DNA from: a virus
Lineage: Duplodnaviria > Heunggongvirae > Uroviricota > Caudoviricetes
IMG/VR virus record: IMGVR_UViG_3300043399_000371
Span: 1-36,284 of that record
Direction: 5' to 3' (one strand)
Length of the DNA: 36,284 nucleotides
The first letter of the stretch is position 1. Each line of letters starts with the position of its first letter. Below the pieces are notes generated by a model. The model searched no databases, had not been told where the DNA came from, and was given only the letters and a program-made list of their open reading frames with translations. This document shows positions 14,896 through 22,354 of the stretch, piece after piece. The position numbers were made by a program, and so were the translations under genes.

Positions 14896-17235
14896 ATGAA
14901 AGAACCTATTAGCCTAAGAAATTTCATCAAAAATATCAAGAAGCAAAACAAACCAAAAGCAACATATAGCGAAAAACCAAAGAAGCAAAACAATGAATAT
15001 GTCTCTGGTTATGGATCTATTGGCAACAGAAAAGATATTGGTGACTTTGTAGAACTAGAAAAACCAACAGACAACAATTATGTTTCTGGATATGGTTCAA
15101 TCGGCAATAGAAAAGATATTGATATTCAACCAAAGAAAAAGCTAAAAGAGTGGATATATGATGAGGGTAAACCTGTAGATCTAGACAAACCTATTGAGAG
15201 AAAAGTTGACAGTTCTGGATACCCAAGTTTTGCGGAAAGACAAAATTATGATGACAAAAAACACGAAGAAACATATGATAAATTAGAAGCACACCACCAT
15301 CCAGATTATGATACACAAAACGAGAAAAGTCGAAACCAACATTTCCAAGATTATGTTGGTGACAGTTCAGGCTTAAACGGCAAACTTATAGCTTTACATG
15401 GTTCTGGTGCGGATTCATATAAAGAGGCAGATGATGATTCCCATGTTTCTAATATGGATCGGGCTTTAGTTGAACATGAAAATCCTGCCCCAGAAGATCA
15501 TTATGTTTATACTGGTCTAGGACGAGGAATTAGTGCTCTTGATGCTTATAAAAATGGTAAAGGCATCCACTTTCCAGCATACACTTCTACAAGTACAGAT
15601 CCTGATGTAGCCCAAGGTTTTGCAAAACAAGGATTAGAAAAACCAATATCAGAAATTTTAAGAATAAAAGTTCCAAAAGGATCAAGACACGGTGTATTTC
15701 TTGGTTCAACTTCAGCTTTAAGTAGTGAAAAGGAAATGATTCTACATCGTAATAGACACGTTCGTTTTGTCGGTGAACCAAGAAGAAATGGTAATCATCT
15801 AGTATATGATACTGAACTTGTTGATCACCCAGAACAGGACAATCATTTAGAGAAACACAGAAAAGAAATTGAAACAGATAAGGAACCATTAACAGTATTG
15901 AAAAACAGAAATGCGAGTGAAGAAGAAATCCATAATGCATACACAAATGGTTCAAAGAAAGTTAAATTAAAAGCATTAACACACGATAAAGTTGGAAAGA
16001 AAACATTATCTACCGCGATAGATGATGGTGATCCAGAACTATTGAAAAAAGCACTACAATCAAGAAATGTCGATTCTGATCACATTCATCAGGTCATTGA
16101 TAGTAAACATATATCTGAACCAGAAAAAGTAGATGCCATAACTGATCACTCCAATGATTTAGACGATTCACATATAGACAAAATAATAGAAAAACATGGT
16201 GATGATGAAGATATGATGTCAGCTTTGGCATCTTCGAAAAATCTAAAGTCACACCATATTCATCATTTCTTAGACCATCCGAATTTTTATATGAATCAGT
16301 TGATTAGGCAACATCCTAATTTAAGTGATGAACACATTCATAAAATGATAGATTCAGACAAGTATACTGGAAATACTATGTACGGTCTACATAATATGGG
16401 TAAACTGAATGCGGAACATAATAAAAAAATAATTGAAAAATATCCAGACCATCATGTTAAACAAGACATTATTGCTAGAGGAAAATTGGATGATGATACC
16501 ATTGATAATATTATCAAAAATGGTACAAATGAAGATCACTACAATTTAAGTGAAAATAATAGTCTTAAAACACACCATGTCAGAGATCTCATACAAAAAG
16601 CAATAGATACTAAAAATGATGATATGATTTCAAAATTATCAACATCATCAAAACTAGATTCTGATTCCTTACACAAATTATACGCTCATGCCGAAAAAAA
16701 GGGAAGTTCGTATATGAAAAGAGGAGTTCTTAGAAATAGAAATGCCTCACATGGTTTATTGATGAAAGCTTTGGATGATGAAAATTCTGGTGTACGTAGA
16801 ATGGCTATACAACACGAAAATGCAACACCCGAACACATAAACAAAGCTTTGGATGACGAGGATCACACAGTTAGATCAGAAGCAGCTAAACACCATAATG
16901 CAAATGAAGAAAATTTAGAAAAAGCATTACGTGATAAACACACTAATGTTGCAGAAACTGCCGCCTCAAATCCAAATCTTACATATAAAAATATTCATAC
17001 TGCATTAGACCATGAAGATCCATACGTAAGAATGGGTGCTATAATGTCTGGTGATGATAAAGTTCATTCTGATCATTTAGATAGAGCAATAAAAGACCCA
17101 GACTATGGAGTCAGAAGAACAGCATCTAGACATCCAAATATAGAAAATCATCATCTAGAAGTATTAGAACATGACGAACATCCAAATATATCAGAGTATG
17201 CGAAACAAAGATTAGGAAGGGACAACGAAGAATGA
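14896..17235 (+). CDS. ADP-ribosyltransferase (VIP2/C2/Alt-like ExE class) fused to HEAT/LRV-like helical repeats
   Basis: HYVYTG (beta1), FPAYTSTSTD (STS), ILRIKVPKG and SSEKEMILHRN (ExE); C-terminal ~24-aa repeats of the type H.NA..E....AL.D....VR..A. Confidence 0.82.
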   Translation: MKEPISLRNFIKNIKKQNKPKATYSEKPKKQNNEYVSGYGSIGNRKDIGDFVELEKPTDNNYVSGYGSIGNRKDIDIQPKKKLKEWIYDEGKPVDLDKPIERKVDSSGYPSFAERQNYDDKKHEETYDKLEAHHHPDYDTQNEKSRNQHFQDYVGDSSGLNGKLIALHGSGADSYKEADDDSHVSNMDRALVEHENPAPEDHYVYTGLGRGISALDAYKNGKGIHFPAYTSTSTDPDVAQGFAKQGLEKPISEILRIKVPKGSRHGVFLGSTSALSSEKEMILHRNRHVRFVGEPRRNGNHLVYDTELVDHPEQDNHLEKHRKEIETDKEPLTVLKNRNASEEEIHNAYTNGSKKVKLKALTHDKVGKKTLSTAIDDGDPELLKKALQSRNVDSDHIHQVIDSKHISEPEKVDAITDHSNDLDDSHIDKIIEKHGDDEDMMSALASSKNLKSHHIHHFLDHPNFYMNQLIRQHPNLSDEHIHKMIDSDKYTGNTMYGLHNMGKLNAEHNKKIIEKYPDHHVKQDIIARGKLDDDTIDNIIKNGTNEDHYNLSENNSLKTHHVRDLIQKAIDTKNDDMISKLSTSSKLDSDSLHKLYAHAEKKGSSYMKRGVLRNRNASHGLLMKALDDENSGVRRMAIQHENATPEHINKALDDEDHTVRSEAAKHHNANEENLEKALRDKHTNVAETAASNPNLTYKNIHTALDHEDPYVRMGAIMSGDDKVHSDHLDRAIKDPDYGVRRTASRHPNIENHHLEVLEHDEHPNISEYAKQRLGRDNEE
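14998..15120 (+). repeat. Two 42-bp copies encoding identical YVSGYGSIGNRKDI (14998-15039, 15079-15120)
   Basis: Direct comparison shows 6 synonymous and 0 non-synonymous differences. Confidence 0.9.
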
Positions 17236-18008
17236 TTAATTTTAAACAATTAAAATCAATTATAAAAGAAAGTAACAACACCAAAGACGGTGAAGGTACT
17301 GTTAAAGATATAGATAAATGGACAGAAGAACCAGATACACAGTATGGTTCTAATCGTGGTGGTGTTCACTATGATGAAAATGGTGATAAACATTATGTAA
17401 AGTTTTATCATAATCCACAACAAGCAAGAACAGAAGTAGCGGCAGCAAGAGTTCATGAGATGCTTGGTGTTAATACAAATAAACCATTTTTAGTTAGAAA
17501 GAATGGGGAAGTTGGTGTTGCATCAAAATGGAATTATGATCTTGAAAGAAAGAGTCCAAGTCATTTTGATACTCTCGATCATGAACAAGCAAAACACATT
17601 GCTCGTATCCATCATGCAGGAGTTCTTACAAAGAATTGGGATGCTGTTGGTCTTGAACATGACAACATCACATTCCATAAAAAAACTGGTGAACCATATT
17701 CAGTAGACCAAGGTGGAACAATGAACTTCAGGGCGCAAGGTGGTCCAAAAGATTATGGTGATGATGTTAGTGAAGTACATTCATTTAGAAATCCAGATAA
17801 CTATCAAGCACATCATGTTTTTGATGGTAATTTTAGCAGACACCCTGATGTTGAAAGATCAGAACTTGACAAAGTAAAAGCACTCAAGTATGATGACGTT
17901 CATCGTGCGTTTACTGATGCTGGACTTCATGACGCACATAAGAAAGCGAAAACTCTATGGAATCGTAGGAGTAATTTATTGAAACATTATGGTGAAGGGG
18001 AAGAATAA
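17232..18008 (+). CDS. Atypical protein-kinase-fold enzyme (HipA/PI3K-PI4K-like) with capsid-targeting-like leader
   Basis: Gly loop QYGSNRGG; HYVKF (Lys); ARTEVAA (helix C Glu); KNWDAVGLEHDN catalytic loop; SVDQGG (DFG equivalent). Confidence 0.78.
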   Translation: MINFKQLKSIIKESNNTKDGEGTVKDIDKWTEEPDTQYGSNRGGVHYDENGDKHYVKFYHNPQQARTEVAAARVHEMLGVNTNKPFLVRKNGEVGVASKWNYDLERKSPSHFDTLDHEQAKHIARIHHAGVLTKNWDAVGLEHDNITFHKKTGEPYSVDQGGTMNFRAQGGPKDYGDDVSEVHSFRNPDNYQAHHVFDGNFSRHPDVERSELDKVKALKYDDVHRAFTDAGLHDAHKKAKTLWNRRSNLLKHYGEGEE

Positions 18009-18010
18009 AT

Positions 18011-18328
18011 ATGTGGATTTGTCTTAATAATGCGTTTTTTAGTATCATTGAAGATGTTGATAACCCAAAAAACCTTCTTGTAAGGGCTAGGGACGAAAAT
18101 AGCATCGAAAATGTTTTTCGTGATGTGACTGTAAAGAAAACCCCCCACCGTGATTATCTTTATCGAACTTCTATTAGGCGAGAAGTAGTAGCAGAGAAAA
18201 TTAAAGAAAGTCTGATGAATATCAATTATGACAATTTTAAAGACTCTGTTGACGATAAGGAACTACATGATGCTTATGCTCGTTTTTGGTATGTGATGTA
18301 CGATTACCAACACAAGCTAAATCGTTAA
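18011..18328 (+). CDS. Conserved hypothetical protein (105 aa); candidate immunity/partner protein
   Basis: MWI...FFSI...LLVRAR...DYLYR...INYDNFK...HDAY pattern; starts 2 nt after the kinase stop. Confidence 0.7.
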   Translation: MWICLNNAFFSIIEDVDNPKNLLVRARDENSIENVFRDVTVKKTPHRDYLYRTSIRREVVAEKIKESLMNINYDNFKDSVDDKELHDAYARFWYVMYDYQHKLNR

Positions 18329-18330
18329 AC

Positions 18331-18358
18331 AAAAAGCCCGGTTTTATCCGGGCTTTTT
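18331..18358. terminator. Bidirectional intrinsic terminator
   Basis: AAAAAGCCCGG-TTTTAT-CCGGGCTTTTT between convergent genes. Confidence 0.9.
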
Positions 18359-18805
18359 TCATTTATAGTTACCAACGAAGTCAGAACATATTCCAAAAGG
18401 TTTCTCTTTAGTAACATATTCTTTCGTCCAAATACTATCTGGCATCACAAGAATACAAGTTCTCCCAACCTTCTGTTTACCCGGATAAGCCCAGATAAAT
18501 CCTTTACTAGTCATTGTATAATCATCGTTATTATGCCAGAAATAGTTCAAGGTTGTTTTTGTCATCAATTCTAGTGCCTGAACATTCTTACAATGAATCC
18601 ATAGATGTTCTTGTCTCTGACCTAACCAATCCAGACTAATTTCATATTGTCCGTAATCGTGACCCAATAGTACGTGTTCACCAAATTTCCAGAGATCTAC
18701 CTCAACATGATATTTCTTATCAATGGCATGATCAATATAGTCTGGAGCATTTTCTCTAGCAGAATTTGGTCCGTATAGATTTCCTCTGTGTGAAATTAAA
18801 AGCAT
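18359..18805 (-). CDS. Glycerophosphodiester phosphodiesterase-like (PLC-like) protein
   Basis: ISHRGN...EN...VEVD...LGHD...WIHCKN...GICSD GDPD motifs. Confidence 0.8.
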   Translation of the reverse strand: MLLISHRGNLYGPNSARENAPDYIDHAIDKKYHVEVDLWKFGEHVLLGHDYGQYEISLDWLGQRQEHLWIHCKNVQALELMTKTTLNYFWHNNDDYTMTSKGFIWAYPGKQKVGRTCILVMPDSIWTKEYVTKEKPFGICSDFVGNYK

Positions 18806-19521
18806 TATTTGTCTACCTCAATATATTCACCTTTTGGGGTGTGTTGCAGTTTCTTTCGGATAATGAACTCTTCCCAAGGCAACCCAAGTTCACGAATCCA
18901 TTGCTCAGACATTACGTGTGGGCATAGCAAATTTGTTTTCTTATAAATTGGTTCTAGGAAACAAGCAATTTTAGAAAACATAATCACGCTAAACATATTG
19001 CCAGCCTGAATCATATCACCAGTTCCCATTTGCATATGGTTTCTATGGGCTAGTGTATAGAATTTGTTTGCTTGAAAGTTTGGAAATGGTTGTTCAAAAA
19101 TCATATCTGGTCGCATTCTGAAAACAAAATCATAGACTGTTCCTGTTTTAGCAGAATAATTTTCCATGAGTTGAATACCAGCATTCAACTTGTAAAACAT
19201 GGATAGAATGTTTTTTGGTCGGTGTGCAAAATTACCAAAAGTTTTTCCTCTCTCTTCGAATTGTGCATTATAATTATTCCAACTTTCGACAACAATTTCT
19301 TTTGGAAAATAGTGTCGAACTAGATCATCAATATCAACTTTTGGTGTTTCGTCATACACGCCCGATACAGTATTCTTATCACTTGGAACCCACCATCCTT
19401 CATCATCCCAAGTATGAATAAAGATATCTGGTTTATACCCATCAATAATTGTTTGTTTAAAATTTGGAAAGACATCTCTCCAGCATCTAAAATGTCCGGT
19501 CAATACAACAGCAATCTTCAT
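18805..19521 (-). CDS. Putative glycosyltransferase-like protein, paralog 1
   Basis: MKIAVVLTGHFRCW...DIFIHTW...VFRMRPD; sugar-cluster context. Confidence 0.6.
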   Translation of the reverse strand: MKIAVVLTGHFRCWRDVFPNFKQTIIDGYKPDIFIHTWDDEGWWVPSDKNTVSGVYDETPKVDIDDLVRHYFPKEIVVESWNNYNAQFEERGKTFGNFAHRPKNILSMFYKLNAGIQLMENYSAKTGTVYDFVFRMRPDMIFEQPFPNFQANKFYTLAHRNHMQMGTGDMIQAGNMFSVIMFSKIACFLEPIYKKTNLLCPHVMSEQWIRELGLPWEEFIIRKKLQHTPKGEYIEVDK

Positions 19522-20189
19522 TAATAGTATTCCTTAATATTGTTTTTTCTTACCACACAATCCATCATCTTATTTTTTTGTACATTCAATTTATTGTAAT
19601 TTAAAGCATTAAGGAGTATTCTGTGTGGTGAGTCCACATGACTATCTTCAAATATAGGATTAAAAAATTCCTCATACATGAAAGAATAAATATCTTTCAT
19701 ATTATTTGGGTTCGTGATTATTATACAATCATTTGGATGAACATTTCCAGAATCGACAACAACATCTTTATCACCCAATACAGGAATATCAAATCCTGCA
19801 TACATCATATCACATCTAGTCTTTATTGCCAAATCATACCCATCTAGATTAACAACATTAACAATGGTGTTCATCTTTTCTATTTGAGAAAAGCTACTAG
19901 ATAATTGTGCAAATTTTGGATTAACGTGTTTAAATGCTTCGGATATTCTTGGGCGAATATCAAGTCTTTTGAGATTGAATCCATTGAATTGTTCTTTCAA
20001 ATATTCTTGATTTATGAACTCGTCCTTATTGTCATTTATGCGACCCTGAATAGCTGGGTGATGTCCATATCTGTAATAATCAACAGAAACAAATAAATCA
20101 ACATCGTGATTTTTAAATGTTTCTGTGAAATTGTTTTTACAGAAATCCCATGTCCTAATGTTGCCGATTAGAAATATGGCTAATTTCAT
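19521..20189 (-). CDS. Putative glycosyltransferase-like protein, paralog 2
   Basis: MKLAIFLIGNIRTW...DLFVSV...AIKTRCD. Confidence 0.6.
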   Translation of the reverse strand: MKLAIFLIGNIRTWDFCKNNFTETFKNHDVDLFVSVDYYRYGHHPAIQGRINDNKDEFINQEYLKEQFNGFNLKRLDIRPRISEAFKHVNPKFAQLSSSFSQIEKMNTIVNVVNLDGYDLAIKTRCDMMYAGFDIPVLGDKDVVVDSGNVHPNDCIIITNPNNMKDIYSFMYEEFFNPIFEDSHVDSPHRILLNALNYNKLNVQKNKMMDCVVRKNNIKEYY

Positions 20190-20887
20190 TTTATAATATA
20201 AGCAGTAGGTGCCTTAACAAAAGTTGGTCTTAGTGTCAGTCTGCGTTCCCGAATAAAAACATCAGCAGCATTCGACTCACTCCAATTATGATATGCATAC
20301 TCATCAAACACAACCACACCACCGGGAACAATGAAATCCCAGAACGCCTCTAATGCGTTATATGTGGGGTCTTCAAGATCCATATCGAGGTAAAGAATGC
20401 TGATACGGAATCCGGGTTTGTCCTTCAAAAATTGTACTGAAGATTTTGAGATGTCACCAGAAACGAGATCAAATTTTTCTCTGCGAAATCCTGCATTAAG
20501 TATTTTTTGTGTGATTCCAGCTTGAGAGATATCATCATTTGTCAAGTTCTTATCTCTATCAAAAACCTGTTTCATTGCTATTTTATCTACACTATATTCC
20601 ATATCTTCCAGAAAGGACTTGCCGAAAAAGTCAAACCCAATAACTTTCTTAATGCTATTTGGTTCATACATATCCACTAATTTAAGCCAAGTTAGAAGAC
20701 CAGACCCTTTGAATACTCCACACTCTACGATATCACCAACAAGATGCTGAGTCATATTGTAAAAATTGTGTCGATACATCATTTTATTAAAGACGTTTCT
20801 ATCTGAACTAAAGATAAAATCGTTAAAATTATCATAAACACATTGGTTGCTGTTTATATCAACGTTTGAATTATATAAATTTACCAT
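20186..20887 (-). CDS. TylF/MycF/NovP-family sugar O-methyltransferase
   Basis: GDIVECGVFKG, IGFDFF, LYLDMDLEDPT and PGGVVVFDEY motifs. Confidence 0.88.
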   Translation of the reverse strand: MVNLYNSNVDINSNQCVYDNFNDFIFSSDRNVFNKMMYRHNFYNMTQHLVGDIVECGVFKGSGLLTWLKLVDMYEPNSIKKVIGFDFFGKSFLEDMEYSVDKIAMKQVFDRDKNLTNDDISQAGITQKILNAGFRREKFDLVSGDISKSSVQFLKDKPGFRISILYLDMDLEDPTYNALEAFWDFIVPGGVVVFDEYAYHNWSESNAADVFIRERRLTLRPTFVKAPTAYIIK

Positions 20888-21549
20888 TATTTTTCAACCT
20901 TAAAATTTCCATTGCCATCTAATCTAACAATAGAGATATCGATAACTTGTCGATATTCTATACCATGTTTTTCTTTTATGTAGTCCATGCTCCAATGATG
21001 TATCATATCTTCATTGGTTGGATATTCATTTAATCTATTAATGTAGATGCTAAATGCGTCAGATTTACACGCAGCAAACATATCGTTTTGTGTCATATGA
21101 ACTGCTCCAAGACCAATGTAAATAAGCTTTTCGTTTTGGGTGCATTCACTCAGTATTGTATCATAGTCCAAAGGATTATCCAAGAGCAAATCGAATCTAG
21201 AACGAACCAGTAAACCATACTTACCATTCTGTTCTTCTTCTCTCTTTACCTCTTCATAACATTTTAGGATTTTTCTTTTCTGCATCATACCAGACGATCC
21301 TGTCAATTCTGGTTCGATGCCAAAATATTTCACATTAATCCCAGAAAACATTTCCTTTATTTCGTCATCAGATTTCGTAATTTGCATCTGATTTTCATTA
21401 TGAAGACTGTAATCAGAACGAAACAATTGATTATATGTTTCAACAAAAACATCTATATCATGGTTTTTGTTGTATAATGTTTCAAGAAAGTTTTCTCTAC
21501 AATATGACCATGCCCTAACATGACCCGGTAAAATTATTGCTATTCTCAT
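20887..21549 (-). CDS. Putative glycosyltransferase-like protein, paralog 3
   Basis: MRIAIILPGHVRAW...DVFVETY...LVRSRFD. Confidence 0.6.
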   Translation of the reverse strand: MRIAIILPGHVRAWSYCRENFLETLYNKNHDIDVFVETYNQLFRSDYSLHNENQMQITKSDDEIKEMFSGINVKYFGIEPELTGSSGMMQKRKILKCYEEVKREEEQNGKYGLLVRSRFDLLLDNPLDYDTILSECTQNEKLIYIGLGAVHMTQNDMFAACKSDAFSIYINRLNEYPTNEDMIHHWSMDYIKEKHGIEYRQVIDISIVRLDGNGNFKVEK

Positions 21550-21553
21550 ATTA

Positions 21554-22354
21554 TTAACTCTTTAGCCAAGATTCTACTGGTCCTTCTCTTCCAGTAGATC
21601 GATTTTCTGATTTTATATCGTGATATTTGTGGATAACAAATGAATTTTTAGAACCAATATAGAACTGTCTCAAATTATAAAATTTAACACCACCCCAACT
21701 TTGAAATTGAATTGTAATACCTTCCATCAAAATCAAGCTAATTAGATGGCATGAAAAATCTGTATTAACTGTACATGATGTAAACCTAATTCTTTCATCG
21801 GTAACAGCAATATCAGATCTTCTTACAAAATCATTATTATTGCTATTGGTTTGGTCTTCTACAAAAAACGTTATATCATCTGATTCGATAAATGAATCTC
21901 TTTGAGCATATTCAAAAATTTCACTATTTGGAACTCTTTCTTTAGCACAAACAAAAGGTGCTGTAAAAAATACTGGTTTGTCTTTTGGTAGAGACATTAT
22001 ATCAGAGAAAAAGTTTTTAGATAGTACACAATCAGATTTAAGGAGAAGTATCCTATCATCTGCATCATAATATTTTTGACAATACTGTTTTATGGTGTGT
22101 ACATCTGCGCCAAGAGATTTGTTTGTGTTGGCATCATAGTTAAAAAATACAACTTTTTTGAAGAATCTTTTCAGATCATATTTGTTGAAAATTTCTTGCA
22201 CATATACGTTACTTAATTCATTTTCATGTGTGTTGTATATGTACAAGAGATCAAACACACACGATGGATCTTGAAAAGAGATGCTACGAAAAGTAGCATC
22301 CAGATGATCCTCTGTTAACGTTTTATGTGTGATGAAAAAACAAATATGTCTCAT
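21554..22354 (-). CDS. Hypothetical protein, possibly GT-A-fold
   Basis: ILLLKSDCVL resembles a DxD-like strand; late HKYH; cluster context only. Confidence 0.45.
   Translation of the reverse strand: MRHICFFITHKTLTEDHLDATFRSISFQDPSCVFDLLYIYNTHENELSNVYVQEIFNKYDLKRFFKKVVFFNYDANTNKSLGADVHTIKQYCQKYYDADDRILLLKSDCVLSKNFFSDIMSLPKDKPVFFTAPFVCAKERVPNSEIFEYAQRDSFIESDDITFFVEDQTNSNNNDFVRRSDIAVTDERIRFTSCTVNTDFSCHLISLILMEGITIQFQSWGGVKFYNLRQFYIGSKNSFVIHKYHDIKSENRSTGREGPVESWLKS

Noticed and set aside
18005-18011. ATAAATA late-promoter-like motif before the 105-aa gene
   Set aside because: It is simply the kinase stop plus the next ATG; a transcript from it would start inside the gene.
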